From: Lama glama
Taxonomy: Eukaryota
Reading direction: 5' to 3'
NCBI GenBank assembly: GCA_028534125.1
Contig: CM052817.1
Location: 81,656,001-81,720,000, forward strand
DNA length: 64,000 nt
Below are positions 40,285 through 54,944 of the stretch, piece after piece. Both the position numbers and the translations under genes were made by a program. The notes below the pieces were generated by a model that saw only the letters and a program-made list of their open reading frames with translations, had not been told where the DNA came from and made no database searches. Positions within the stretch are counted from its first letter, which is position 1. Each line of letters begins with the position of its first letter.

Positions 40285-40530
40285 GAGTGGTATAGAGCAG
40301 TCAATAGGCAGTGTTGGGGGCATGAATTTGATGTAGAATTGAATCCTGGCTTTCTCCTAACTGAATCGGGACACGTTACTGGACCTTTCCAAATCTCAGT
40401 TTCCTCACCTGAAAAATGAGGGTGCTGACATCTACCTTTTTGCATTTGTTGTAAATTATACAGTAAAAATATGTGAATTGCGCAGGTCATTTTCTGGCTC
40501 ATAGCAAGCACCTGGAAGCTGGCTTCATTA
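40285..40530 (+). mobile_element. MIR SINE
   Basis: 'ttgaatcctggct..ctcagtttcctcacctgaaaaatgaggg..tggctcatagcaagcac'. Confidence 0.8.
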
Positions 40531-43500
40531 TTCTTGAAAGTGAAGGAAAGAGTATCCTTTTGGCAGTTTGTCAGTGCATGTCAATACATTGGATATAATA
40601 GAAAGATGATTATTTGAAATGGTCTCATTAGCTAATCTGAAGCAACTTTTTTCCTTTCTGAGTTAGAAAAGATGTCTGAACTTGACAGTTTTTATTTTAA
40701 GTTATTCATTGTCACCAAAGTGAAAAGGTATATCCTTAGTATTTCCATGATGGTGAAATATTAAGTACTTCTAAAATGTGGGTAAATTTTAAATATATAA
40801 CATTTTGTTCTGCATTAGTAGGAATTTTACCAACCCCATAATAACTTCAGAAACTAGAAAATAAAAATCTGTCTTTGAGAAAGTCATTAACTGTTACTCA
40901 TTTATACAGCTAAAATACAACCAGAATTATATCTAAAAGTCAACCCTGAAGAAAAATTTCGAAATTTATGTTTTTATGATAGCATTCTGGCTGTCAAAGA
41001 AAAATATAGTATTATGAGAAATATTTATCTATGAAGTTTCATACAGTGACACAGTTTACATTAGATTTTTATAGAGTAGTCCAAACACAACATATTCATC
41101 AAAATGTCTCAGCCAGAGTTAGGTACCCACTTGCCTAAGGGTTAGTGTTAGATATGCAGTTACCATAATCTACACCAAGCAACCCTGGCAGATCAATTCT
41201 CACTCTTGTGGACAGTACTATCTACTGCTCCCTTGAGTCCCCGGGGAAATAAAAAATGAGGGAAAAGCAATTCTTAGCATTTTGTGGCATTCTGCACATA
41301 GTGGTACTAATTGTACCATCTTTGACTTATTAGAAGCTATATAAATTGCAAACAACAGAGACTAAATCTTATAAATTATTTTAGAGTGTGTAGTATACTG
41401 GTAGAAATGAATTAATCATTATGAAAAATTATGAAATCTCAAACTGATAGCTTTCATAGTTTTCACTACCTCCACCCTCTCCTCAGCCTCCATCCCTGAA
41501 TCTGCCAAACCTTTATTTGCTATTGAGTCAGCAGCTAAGTAAATGCACTCTTTTCCTTAGGCTGGTTGAAAAAGAGATTAGATGATGCTCTGCCCTGAAG
41601 ACTTGACCCATGGAGGCAGGATTTACAAGTTATTTTCTGCCTAACCCTTCTCTTTGGGCACAGTCTAAACATGTGACTTTGTTACCATAGATTAAACAAA
41701 TTTCTTCACCTAGTCTATAATAGAGGTCAAAGCATTTCTATTCCACTGATTTTATTATAACAGTAGTTCAAGGAACTGTGATTGTATGACAAAGAAAAAG
41801 GATGCATAGGATATAAGGTTGAAAAAGTGATTTTCAAAAATAGCAATTATGTAACCCATAGTATAGATTAAAGTGTAAATTTAAATAAAATAGCAAAACA
41901 TAAGCTTTTAATAATAATACTTTATGACCCTTTGCTCCAGGTTTCCTTTCCTCCATCTAATCATTGAGCAGTCTTCAGAGACAAAATAGGATGAACAATA
42001 TAATAAATGTGTACATATTTTTCTAATATTTCTCATGCGTTATGAACTAAACATGAAAAATGAAAAACTTATTTTTCACTTTAGTAAAGTTTAAGGTTTT
42101 CTGAAAGTCAATCATAACCATAATGAGATGGACAATACAATAGCATGTATTCTAAATAGACTCTCAGGTCATTTTAGTTACCACATGAAATGCTACAAAG
42201 AGGCATTCTAGCTTATGTCATTATAGCCATCGTATGTCATATTCATATTAGAACTCTATACAATTTATGTATATAGCACAGATTTGCCTTCTTGTTTGTG
42301 AAGTGCTTACTTTTATCTACTGCAATATTAAAAGTAAATAAACATGATGGTAATGGTTGTTTTGAGAACCTCTGTCTTTATCACATTAAGATTATCCCAC
42401 CTGATCGTTTTTTGTCTCCCCCAGTTTATGTGTTCTTCTTCTGCTTGTTGCTTTCCCTCTGTTCTTCCTTGGGACACGTATGCCTGCTACAGGTATTTTA
42501 ATAGCAAGACAGAAGTAAGGGCCTGAGGAGCCTAATTTAATCTCCATGTTTCTAGTCTCACCTTTCATTGCCATCTTCTATACTTTGCATCTCTAAATCC
42601 AGAGTGACTCTAGGGAAAACTAAAAATAAATAGCTGCAGGACGTAAGACGGGGGAGAGAGATACACCAGGCTGCCTTAGGAGGGAAAAGGAATCTGTGTG
42701 TTAAACCCTTCTGCTTGCAGTCTTGACCCTCCCTGTTACCTTTCACTATTGCCTTACGCTTCCAAATCCTGGGCATCCTTGTGGTTCAGCAGTAACCTTC
42801 CTTGTCACTCTTCTTCCACTCTGAAGCTCTTAGGTAACAGCCATTTCCATTTTGCTAAGTAATTTACCAATTCTCCCACACCTACTTGCCTTCCAAAGAT
42901 TTATTAAAATCTCTTTGTCATCTCATCCTCTCTTTGTCCTTGTGGGTTTACACCTTTTTATTTCATCTCTCTCCTTTTATGAGCTTTTGAGAAGCAGCCA
43001 TGATAATTCTCTGCAGTAAATCTGCCACATTTATCTGATTTCTGTTAGAATTTGGGGGTAACTAATTTCACTGCAAATCACCTCATGCTTCTCAGATCCT
43101 TAATATTTAATAATATCTTTGAATCTGTATATAAATGTGCATTAGCAAGATTCTAAGGGCCAGGACTTGGAAGAGAGAAACGAATGATACACTGTGCTCC
43201 TTGTCATTAAGAGACCATTCAACAACATTTTAATGATCAGTCTCTGACCTTGTGAATACCTTACAGGCACTCAGCTCACACACTCATCTATTTACCTCCT
43301 ACCTGTAGGGTATCATTGGGGTAATTTCTGCATGCTAATGAGACATCATCCACTAGAAAGGTATCCTTTAAAAAATTAGCTGAAGATAGAAGCAATTATA
43401 TTTTTAGTTTAGTCTTACAATCCTAGAAACCCCCCACTGAAAAAGCTAGTATACTTATTTTGAGTAAATTTATTTGACAAAAAAAAAGCAAGTTTACTAG

Positions 43501-44469
43501 AAATTTAATTTTTTAAAAAGGGGGAGTTTCCTATCATCTTGGGTGCTTTTGTGTTTCTTCACCTTTAAAGGGCAGATAAGATCAGAAGTGAAATAGAACG
43601 GCTGCTTTGTTATGACAGTAATGAGCTAGAATAGGACTAGATAAAAAAGACTGTAGATATGGGGTCACAGAGCGGTGAGACTTCATGAATTTATTCATTG
43701 AAATGTGGTCATGTCCCCATAAAATAAGATGTCATCATTACAAGTGTGGATGGCTCTGTTGCACAGCACTGCTGTCTAAACTCTGCTATGAGGGAGTCAG
43801 CCAAAAACGGGTGTATATATTTGACTGAAAATAGGAAAATTATTAAAATTTCAGGGAGGAACAAAAAGCACAGGGTCACTCCCTAGAAGACTTAGCGTTT
43901 TGCCTTTTGATAACGTTGTCATAATAAAAATGTATGTTTCTGAAAAATAAGTATAAAATGAGGTTTTTGTGGATACAATGTTAATTAGTGAGTTATCCTA
44001 AGAGAAACAAATAAGTTTGTTCTAAATCTGAAGGGAGTTAAGTTCAATGGAGTTTTAAAGCTGTTTCAGATAGAAATACTAATTTTTTAAAAAGTTGCAC
44101 TGCTTTGATGTCTTGAGGTACATGCTACAGTCATTCCTTTGATAATTTCTAGCATCTTCAATTTCTTATTTTCTACAGCTCAACCTCACAGTTCACCACA
44201 AAAAATAATTATTATTAAAATTAAAAAAGCACAGATCAGAAATCAATTAAAAATATTTTTTATAAATACCTCAAACTTAAAAAAAAAACATTGAAGCCTC
44301 TTATGATGTTAGAACACCCTCATCGCTGTCATTTTCCGTAACTACTTTGAAAGAATAAAATTTAGGCTTTTATTTTTATTTTCTAATTTAGAATCTTTTT
44401 TCATGAGAAAGAACTAGAGGACAAGTGCATTTTACAAATATATTATAACATTGTCACATTCTATTGTAT

Positions 44470-45720
44470 CTTCTTTAAAAATATATGTACATAAATTTTT
44501 GTTATACACATTTAAGCCGTATAGAAAAGTACAGGGAATGATGTAATAAATATTCATGAACACACCATATTTCTTTCAGTCGTTCAAAAAAATTACAGAT
44601 GTAATTAAAGTCTACTTAATATCATGTTCCAATATGATTCTCCTATATAACTACAGAGATAATCAAGAACCTAATGGTTTGTATTCTGCTTGATAGTACT
44701 TTTAAAGATATAGCTACTTCGTACATTTCTCCTATTTATTTTCTAGTTTAATTCTGTTCTCATCTTTATTATTTTATTTTAGTTTTTTTCAATTTTATTC
44801 TATTAGTTTCATTTGTATTTGTTGTTCTATTTTCTAACTTTCTAATGATTCACATATTTACTTTCAATACTTATTAAAAACACATTTAAAACAAACAAAC
44901 AAAAATAATGCCCACCTTCACCACTTCTGTTCAACATTGTAGTGGACGCTACAAGCAAAGCGAGCACAGAAGACAAACAAATGGCATCCAAATTGGACAG
45001 TAAACTCTTTTACTTGATTGTCTTAAAATGTCTTGATCTTCCTTTAACTGATGGCTTAACTGAGTATAGAAATAGAGTTTGAAATATTTCCTTTGCACCT
45101 TGAAAATATACTGGCATTATTGTTACTATGGAGAAATCTGTTGTCAGTGTAACAGTCCATCTAGTAATCTTTACCATCAAGTAGATTTAATCAGTTTTCC
45201 CTTATTCTTAATTTTCTAGTTTCACTAGGATGAATGTAGGTAACACATTTTTTTAAAAGCCTGCCCAAAAGTCATGATGTATTTTCAATATGAAGCACAG
45301 TTCTGGAAATTTTTAAGCTATCATCTTGAGTTTTACTTTTCTGCCATCTCTCCACTGTATTTTTGAAGTACTTCAAACTGCTGTTTATATCTCTACAAAC
45401 TCCCCCACGTTCACCTCCTTGCTCTGAGCGATCCTTCCTAGTATCCTTCTTCTGTTCTATCTTTCAATTAACTACTATGTTTTTACTATGCAGAAACTCC
45501 ACTTCATTACAGGGTTAATTTCCTTTATGGATTGTTTTTAATTTTAATGACTATCTTTAAAAAATATATTTTAAATGTATGTATTGTTTATTTGGTTTTG
45601 TTTTCCTGGACTCAAAATCTAGCAGATCTGCAGCTTCAGTACTTCTCAGTTCAAAGAATTCGTTTTTTATTTTTGCTTCCCAGAACTAATTCTATAGTTT
45701 TGAGCCTGAGAGAGGGTTTT
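44470..45720 (-). mobile_element. Mosaic of old L1/HAL1 fragments, with a ~100-bp plus-strand L1 ORF2 piece at ~44905-45000
   Basis: T-rich L1-like runs; 'tgcccaccttcaccacttctgttcaacattgtagtgga' (plus-strand ORF2); 'ttaactgagtatagaaatagagtttgaaa' (reverse ORF1/HAL1-like). Confidence 0.55.
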
Positions 45721-48129
45721 AATGTTTCTTCTTTTGTACTTTATGTATCATAATTATTTGTTCAGGTAAAGGAAAAGCACTTTCAAAGTGTGCATTTACA
45801 ATGCAGTCTTCACTAGGAGTGTGAGCAAGTTGGAGAACTTTTGGTAAAGGTATTGTAAGGGGAGACATAAAAGGAGGTGAAAATCTGGAGAGTTGTTAAA
45901 ATTGTTATTGCAATATACATTTTTAGAAAATTTTTCATATTTTTTTTTTACTTTTAGTTAACACAAACTTTTTTTTTTAAGTTTATTAAACACTTTCCCT
46001 GCTTTTTTGGATAAACAACTTTTTTTTACTACTGTATCATGTGTGTTATAATGTTGTAATATGATACTATTGGCTCAGTTTTTCATAAAAATTTATGAGT
46101 ATAACATTTTTAAGAAAAATTAGTGGAGATAACGAGGACTGTTTGCTTGGAAATCCTTAAGAACTGCAGATTTTCCTTGGATACTCTCCATATGATGTTA
46201 CCTTTCTACTTGGAGGACACAAAACAAAGACTCGTGTACTTTTTTTAGCTGTGAAGTGACTATCTGACTCTATGAAGTGCTGTAATCAACATGAATTCTC
46301 TTTTGGCAACAATACTGGCTCAATAGTTCCTTTGATTTGGAATAGATTATGAACCACTAAGGAAAGATTGCTTATTTTATTCTTTCTCTGTAAGCGGAAC
46401 TTTGTACATTTCACACTAGAACTCTGATTCAAATCATAAAGGTAATTGTTTTTTAGCTATGCACGGCAAATTCTAAATAATTTCAACTCCATTATCAAGT
46501 TATTTGAAAAAGTACAATATTGATGAATATAACATTATCAGGTGTTCTTATCTATACATTAGAATTTCAAGACAAAGAACACTGAAAATATTCAGTGTTT
46601 TATTTACAGATTTTATAGCCACATAGTCAAACCATGATTTCCAGAACAGTTGTCTAGCATTGTGAGAAGAATGTGGGAGAATGAGAGAAAACGTGACTTC
46701 ACTCTGTGAATCAACTGGATCCAAGCTTCAAGTAATTTCATCTTCTCTCTCTTCTCATGTTTTCCACTATGGTCTTTCCGACAGAACGATTGATGCTTTC
46801 AATCTCTCCACTAAAATTGTGTAAGAAAGACTTGCTTTTCCTAATCAGCTGGGGAGGGGGGCAAAATAAGAGTCTTTGCTTTTATCACACATGGAAGCAT
46901 TTACTGTTCAGCTAGCCGATGTTGAGAGGTCGATTTCTCAAAAGATTTAGCTTTTAGTTAAACGCTCCCAGAATGAACGCTCACACTCCAGCATGCAAGA
47001 AAGGAGGATACTTGATACTACATTAGTGAGTTTCCCTGCAGTGTTCTTCTGGTGTCATTACTCCCGCTCAAAAGTTAACTCAGAATTTGCAAAGCCATTA
47101 AAAACTGATTCAAAGTTATACTTAAAAGATGAATTCACCATGAATGCAAAAACTTTTGCATGAAGTAAAAAGAGAAATATACTCTTTGCCATGTAATTTC
47201 TGACAAAACGATTCCAATGCAGGGTGAGAATGACCAAATGAGAATATTTTTTGTATTTTTGGTGGCAACATAGTTAAAGTCACTCCTCATAGCTGACTTT
47301 CATGATGTACTTCATTTATGGATTAACGGGCCTGTAACAGTTCCTTTCTGGATTTGTTTTTTTCTGAGACATTCTGGGTTATGTAATAAAATAAAAGTAA
47401 TCATGGCTAGGTTTTAAAATGTGCTCTTTTTAGACAAAGCTTTCCACATGAAGGCTTAGTAAAGTTCCATCTGTTTTAGATAGAGATCTTTGAGGATCTT
47501 TCAGTCCTCAAAAGCTACTTTGATAATAAGCAGACTGAAAGACCTCCAGGGTTTCGGATTTCCTACCACAACGAACCGGCTTCAGCCAGGATGACTCTCA
47601 TATTTTGCAGAACTCATTTTATTTAGTTAGAAGTTAAATGCTACTGAAAATCAGTTTCAATTGGGATACCCATCCCATTTTTTAAAAAGGGAAAAGTCTT
47701 TTCAATCAGAATAAATATGTCTCAAATATCTAAAGGCATCCAAATAAAGCATTTGTTCTGAGCCAGTGGCCCTCCCTGGGTGTTGATGGTGAGTGGTTGT
47801 CACCGGATTTGCTTCTCAGTTTGTGTGCCTCAAAGCAACAGAAGGGCTGGACTCCTGGGATTTGTAAATGATGTTTCACAACAGGGACAGAAGTTCCTTA
47901 AGTTCAAGGGAACTGTGTTTTAAATTTGGCTACATGCTCAGTGTCTTTTTAAGTGTTCTACACAAAACTAAATGAATTATAATTACCTGGATTTCTTGAA
48001 GTACCATGTCTTTTAGAAATATTCTGTATGTAGGTATTTATTTCTTTATGATGCTCTATGAATGAAAAAGGGAAAGATTGTTCTTTTAACAGATAAGCTA
48101 GTAAGAAATTTCTTTTACAATTATCTTTT

Positions 48130-48300
48130 CCCCTCTAATGGCACTCACCACAATCTGTATCTGTCCCACCACCAGCAAGAAAGCAAGCTTCATAAAGACT
48201 CGTTTATGACATAAAGACTTTGTTCATCGATATCTCCCCAGAGTCTAGACTAGTGCATGGCATATAGTTGGCAGTCAGTAAGTAGCCATTTAATAAATAA
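48130..48300 (+). mobile_element. L2 LINE 3' tail
   Basis: 'ttgttcatcgatatctccccagagtctagactagtgcatggcatatagttggc..aataaataa'. Confidence 0.75.
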
Positions 48301-49889
48301 GTTCTTACCCCACTTTTTGAGAGGGGTTAATACAGTCGTTCGGGTGAAAGCTCATGAAGGGATCACTAGGAGCGCAGGCAAAGATGAGTAGCAAGACCTC
48401 AATGAATATTAACAATTATTAGTGTCAGGTGTCTATGACTCCCACTTTTACTGATGGAAGGTGATTTAAGATCCTTAATCTCAAGAAGAGATAAGGGGGA
48501 TACATTCCAGCAAAGAAAAATCATGGAAAATATGCTCAAAAATATTTCTTTCAAAAGGGTCTATTTATTTTTATAAAATCCTTTAAACAAAACAGTGATT
48601 CTGTCATCTCAGACGCAAGCATCAAGAAGATATGTAGACGAATACATATGCATTTGCATACCTACAATGCCTTATGCATATACCTATATATCTCTATCAG
48701 TGTCTGTATCAATGTATCATATACTCATGTACATGTCTGCATATTGTATGCATTTTTACCACTGTGGTTATTTTTTGAATATGATCCTTGCTAAATTTAA
48801 TTATCTGAGAATCCGCTGCAAGTTATTTTCCAGTGAATTTGCAAATTAAGTATAATTATTTTAAGTGAATCCATAAGAGAACGGAGAATGCAATTCACAC
48901 CTCACTGCATAGATTTACTTTGAGAAACCTCATGTAGAATCTTATCAAGCTAATTTGCTTGCATTTTATTTTCCACTCTACCTACAATCAATATTCCTTC
49001 TCATTTTAGTCTCTGAAGTAAGAAGTTACACTTTGACCTTTGGTTGATTATTTTAGACCAGTAATTAACACTTCCATTATATTTGTGTGATCAAAAAAAT
49101 TATAATGAACTTCTAGTTTGGGAGAAAAATATCTACTTTTATAGTTCAAACTCTGCTTTGAAAAAGATACTCTAAAATTGGGTGTAGGAGTAATAGGTAA
49201 AAATTTATTGTCATTCTACCTGAAACATTACCCAGGCAATCTTAAGTAATCCAGTGTTTTCAACTGAACATATTAGTAACTTATATGCCACGGATCACAG
49301 TAAGAAACGTAATAGGATATACTGAATAAGCACAAGTCATTTCCTGTAATTGGAGCTATTAAGTACACATATAATTCTGTATATTTAGTATTCTATAAAT
49401 TAAAAGTGCATACCAACAAAGCCCATATTCTTGCAAAACTGTTTTTTATAAAAGTAGCAGTAAAAAATGAATAAACAAAATTGCACAAATGAATAAACAA
49501 ACGAGAATAATAATTTCAAATTATTTCTTATAAAAACAGAGTTTCAAGTGCTCAAAAACAAGAGACAAAGAAACAGAAATAAAGTTTCCTTACTGGTTTT
49601 TCTGTCACCTTCAGGATAGATCATCGGAGATGTTCTTCTTTAAGGGGTAAGTCATGTAAGGATTTCTCACCGCAAACAAACCTTCCGAGTTATAACTAAA
49701 ACTCCTAAAATAAGGGCTGTGTGAAAATGCCAGTTCTGGGGACTGAGTTGTGAAGGATTCATTGCAATAATGTCCTAACTGATCCCTAGCATGCTTGATG
49801 TGAACTACATGGTAATTAAAAGCAAATGTCAAATTTACTCTGTTCTTTTTCTAAGCAAAGGGAGAATATTTAAAATGGAACAAAATTAT

Positions 49890-50546
49890 TTCCATGTAGT
49901 TAGTTGCATTAGCACTAGTTTATTTTTTTACGCTGCTGTATAGTATCCTAGTGCATGAATATGAAATTTCCTTATCCCTTTAGTACTGTAGACATTTAGA
50001 TTTTTCCAGTATTTAAATATTACAAATAATGTGGTTACAATCATTCCTATACACATCTACTGGTGCTCAATGGACACATTTTTTATTGGGAAAATATCTT
50101 AGGGGTAAAAGTGTTGATATGTGTATGTTTGGTTTAGTAGATGGTGTCAAATAGTGAGCACAAGTGATTGTTTATCAATTTACATCCCCCCGATAGCACT
50201 GAGACAAGACTTGCTTCTCGTTTCGCCTGTAAGACCTATTGTTTTTGTTTTAATTTAAGCCACTCTGGAGACTATTTAGTGCTATCTCATTGTTTTATTT
50301 TGCATTTCCCTGAAGAATGATGAAAATGGTCACTTTGTCACTTGCTTCACGGCCATTTGTACATCACGTTTGTATGTACCAGTTTATGTCTTGCTTAGTT
50401 TCGGTTGGGCTGTCTGTCTTTTTCTTTTTGATTTGCAGCAGTTGTTTATATATCCTAATACAAATCCTGCATTAGACTTATATTTGCAAATTTTCTCCCA
50501 CTTTGACTTACCTTTCACTTTCCTAATGATGTTTTGATGAATGGAA
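49890..50546 (-). mobile_element. Old L1 (L1ME/MC-like) fragment, host of a younger L1
   Basis: 'tagacatttagatttttccag..tacaaataatg', 'atctcattgttttattttgcatttccctga', 'tttgcaaattttctccca'. Confidence 0.75.
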
Positions 50547-51197
50547 ATTCTTTTTTTTCATTGAGGTATAGTTGACAATATTATATTAGTTTCAGGTGTA
50601 CAATATAGTGATACAACATTTTTATGGATTATATTTCATTTAGTTGTTTTAAAATGTTGGCTGTATTCCCTTTGTTGTGCAGTATAAACTTATGGCTTAT
50701 TTATTTTAAACATAATAGTTTGCACCTCTTAATTCCCTACCCCTCTTTTGCCTCCTGCCTTCCCTCTCCCCACTGGTATCCACTTATTTGTTCCCTATAT
50801 CCATGAGTCTGTTTCTTTTTTGTTATTTCACAGGTTTATCGTATTATTTAGATTCCACATATAAGTGATACATAGAGTATTTGTCTTTCTCTGTCAACTT
50901 ATTTCACTATGCATAACACCCTCCAGGTCCATCTTATTGTTGCAAATGGCAAACTTTCATTCTTTTTTAACAGCTGAGTAGCATTCCACTGCATTTATAT
51001 ATACTGGATCTTCTTTATCCATTCATCTGTTGATGGACACTTGAGTTCTTCCCATATGTTGGCTGTTGCAAATAATGCTGCTATGAATATTGCAGTGCAT
51101 ATACTTTTTCAAATTAGTGTTTTATTTTCTTCAGATATATACCCAGGAGTGGAATTATTGGGTCATATGGTATTTCTATTTTAAGTTTTTTGAAGAA
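50547..51197 (-). mobile_element. Younger 5'-truncated L1 3' end (cetartiodactyl-type)
   Basis: Poly-T then 'ttgaggtatagttgac..tttcaggtgtacaa..gattccacatataagtgat..ccattcatctgttgatggacactt..acccaggagtggaatt'. Confidence 0.9.
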
Positions 51198-51959
51198 AGC
51201 TCTAGTATACTCTTATTAGCAATGTACATGCCACTGATCACAGTAAGAAACATAATAGGATATACTGAATAAGCACAAGCCATATTCTTATTGATTTACA
51301 GCAGTGTAATTAAGATGATGTCTTCTTTCGGGGAAAAGTTTCAACAAGGGTGCTTCCAGTTCATTATAAAATATTGGTTCTCTAAACTTGTAATTCTTTA
51401 GCTAGGTTACTTTCTGGGGGTCCAATCACATTTCTTAGACTTTTTACTTTGTGACTCATGGGTCTGTTACATTAGTTTCTTATTTTTCCTTCTTAATACA
51501 TCTTTTAGTCTGTATACTTCTGATCCAACATGAAACTCACTAATACTCTTACTTGCTGGGTCTAATCTACTTTAATCTGTTCAGTTCTCCATTTGTTGTT
51601 GTATCTTTGCTCTATTTCTGTGCATTTCTTTTTTAGATTTCATTCTGTCATATATTTTCTTGAATATATTATTCACAGCTATTTCAGTGTCTGAAAATTT
51701 TAATATCCAGATAACTTGTGGGTCTTTTTGAAATATCTGTTTTATCTCTTGGCTATTTTTTTATTGGATAGAATTTTTACCAAATGCTGAAAACTATATA
51801 TGATATCACTTGTCCCCAACTTTTCAATCTATAATGTCTTCTTTTCTGATGAAAGCTTTGAAGTTCCACTTCAATAATTAAGTCACAACTGTATAATGTT
51901 TCACATTATAACTCCATCTTTCTTTAAGGATTCTTTAAGCCTAATAATATATATTCCAA

Positions 51960-52540
51960 GTGCTAACCTAGAACCAGAATTCTATATTCAAAAAAACTAC
52001 CCTTTAAGAATAAAGGTGAAATTAAGACATTTCATAAAGAAAAATTGAGAAAATTTCTTGCTATTAGACTTTCTCTAAAAGAAATACTTAAGAAAGTTTT
52101 TCAGCCAGAGGGAAATGATAGCAGAAGCAAAGTTGGAATATCAGGAGTGATAATACTAAGTCATGGCTCGGATTTGCAGCAGCTAGAACTCTTGGCCATT
52201 GCTGGTGGGAGTGCAGAATGTCCTAGGTATTCTGGAAAAATAGTTGGCGATTTCTTACAAAGTTAAACATATAGTTTCTATGTGACCCAGCAATCCCACT
52301 CTTGGGTTATGTTCACAAAAAACCTGTCCATGAATATTTACTGTAGCTCTATTCATAACTTCCAAGAACTGGAAACAACCCAAATATCCTTTGATGGGTG
52401 AATGGATCAGCAGACTCTGGTACATCCATGTCTGCACAACAGAATACCAATTAGAAATAAAAAGGAGTGAACTTTGCCTTTTGATCTTGATTGTGGTAGT
52501 GATTCAACATATTTATAGATATATTAAGATATTTAAAAGT
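51960..52540 (+). mobile_element. L1 fragments (ORF1 end joined to ORF2 3' region)
   Basis: 'cagaattctatatt..aataaaggtgaaattaagacattt'; 'gctggtgggagtgcagaatg', 'gacccagcaatcccactctt', 'actggaaacaacccaaat'. Confidence 0.75.
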
Positions 52541-53814
52541 TTTAAACTCATATTCTTTGTGACTATAGAGAAAACTCGGGGAAATATTGTGGAAAGGTTG
52601 AAGCTCTATAATGAAAATCCATCAAGACCAAATAGCATGGCTTCTGCTATTGGACCTCATTTGTTGGTGTCTAATTAAAAGAATCATTTGCATTTGCTAA
52701 TGAATGTGTTTAGCTTCTAGTCAAATAATTATTCAACAAGCATGTGATTTAATTTTAATCTCAATTCTCCAGTGGCTCACTTTTCATGCTTACTTAAATA
52801 TTACCCTTCAAAATGAGTGTTATTAACGTGTATGGCACTTGTTCCTTGTCTTTTCATCATTATTTTATTAGCTTTTCCCCCCTCTTCTCTTTTACCCTGT
52901 TTCCAGCTTTTATTTAGCACTCTAACTCTGGATGAGCTTATACTCTGGAAAGAATGCATCAAATTCCACAGAATCAAGCCTTATTTTTCCAAAAATTGGG
53001 TGAGCTCCCAGAAGACATTTAATGCTTCATAGTTTTATAGTTTAAGCAGTAAAGGAGAGGAAACTAATTCTCTCTCCATTCTCATGCCCTCTCTCGAAAT
53101 ATAATTGAAACAGAACCTTCTGTACTCTTGCTGATTTGTTTTGACATCCATGAACAGCTTTGCAGAGACACATTTTTTCTTCTTTCCTCTGTTATATCCA
53201 TTATTGATTTTTATTAATCTTCCTTTACATATTATACAGCATGAATAGGAAGTTATGCAACTATTAGGCCAAACTGACAAATATTCAAATGAGAAGCAAG
53301 GTAGTTGATAACTAAGAGTGTAAAGTATTCCTGTGAATAAGAAGCTTTTAAAAGAATAGAATGCATCTTACTTTTAAGTTATTTTATCTTCTTCTGGATG
53401 TGGAAATTTTGTTTGAACAAGTAAGGCTGTAATTTTCCATACCAGAAAAATCCATTTTACTGACCAAAAATCATCGGAAATATAGCAACATACCTTACTC
53501 AGATTATTTCTAAAATCTTCATTTCTCGTATTACTATTAAGCATGGAAAATGACTCACTTTTTGATATTTATTGCCTTTAGGGGCTTAATTTGTATTTCT
53601 ATGAAATTAATGGCTCATTATATAGAACAATCCTAAGAAAATTACACATTTGGCCAAGGAATATGGCATGTGTCAATAATTAGAACACCAATAATGACTT
53701 TCACAGACTTTAGCTTGGGCTTTGAGACTACAACTTTTTCCCATTAATTTTATTTCACTTCATGAAACTTGGAAAGTATGTAGTATAAAGCAAGATGCAT
53801 AATCCCCAGATCCA

Positions 53815-53842
53815 AGAAAAGAAGAAAAGAAGAAAAGAAAAA
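53815..53842. repeat. (GAAAA/GAA)n simple repeat
   Basis: aagaaaagaagaaaagaagaaaagaaaa. Confidence 0.8.
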
Positions 53843-54591
53843 GTGTTTTTAAATTTAATTTTCATAATATTTTTGTATTATTGTCACCATTTTATTTTTC
53901 CTGCAGAATCAATTTGTGATTATGTGAACCAAATAGTGGAAATGCCCAAATAATGATTGTTTAGTGTTTCTTCTGAATTCATAAGAAGAAGAGAGAAACC
54001 CCAGTAACCACATTTATAATAGGAACTTTTAAAAGGCAAACTCAGATTATGTAATCCTTGCAGGTTAATTTTATGTTTTTCACCTTCTAGATTTAGCATC
54101 TCCTATGGAATTTGACCATAAAATCTGGAAAATGTCTTCAGTCATCAAGTACATCAAATTGCTATTTTCTTTTGTTGAGATACTTTAAAGTACTAAAAAA
54201 TAAGAGAGATTTAATTTTTTAAAATTTAGTATACAGGATTTTAAGGTAGGAGAATAAAAAGGGTTTAAATTACTTGCACACTTTTTATAATTTACTTTAT
54301 ACAAATATAATGTGTGTTGATGAGGGAAATCTTGGAGATTCAGGAGAGGATAATGAAGGGGAAATTATTTATTCTTTCACTACCCACACATAGTTCTGAT
54401 AATATATTGTTGTTCAGTACTTCTGCTCTTTATATATTCATTTACTCAGGAGCTATTTACTGAGCACCTGATATGTGCAAACATTATTCTAGACAGTCCA
54501 CCTTCTGCTTTTGGAGCCTACAGTGTGGTAGGAAGGAAACTGAAAATAAAATAAGAACACCAAAAAGTCTGATATGATAATGTGTTGGGAA

Positions 54592-54609
54592 ACACACACA
54601 CACACACAC
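54592..54609. repeat. (AC)n microsatellite
   Basis: acacacacacacacacac. Confidence 0.9.
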
Positions 54610-54944
54610 CAGAATAACATAAAAGGTGATGGTGGAAGGGTGAAGGGTGTGTAATTCAGTGGGGTTAGTCAGGAGAGGAAGAGGATCTGATGTTTGAAAT
54701 AAAGCCTAAATAATGAGGTGGAGCCATCCATGAGGGAAAGTTTCCAGGCAGCATTAAAAAGAAAAAATGCAAACCCCTAAAGTGGAAATAAACTTCAATG
54801 TAATGGAGAAGAAAAAGAAAAGTAACTTCAGAAGTTGTGGGAAATATTATTGAGCAGGAGAGAAATTGATAGCAAGGTGAAAATGGAAAGGCATTTGTGC
54901 CAGGTTATGTAAGCTACGGTTAGAGGTTTGGATTTGATTTTACT

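Noticed and set aside
46578..46599. 9-bp stem hairpin aacactgaa-aata-ttcagtgtt
   Set aside because: Too short and AT-rich to exceed chance in 64 kb; not a credible miRNA precursor or terminator.
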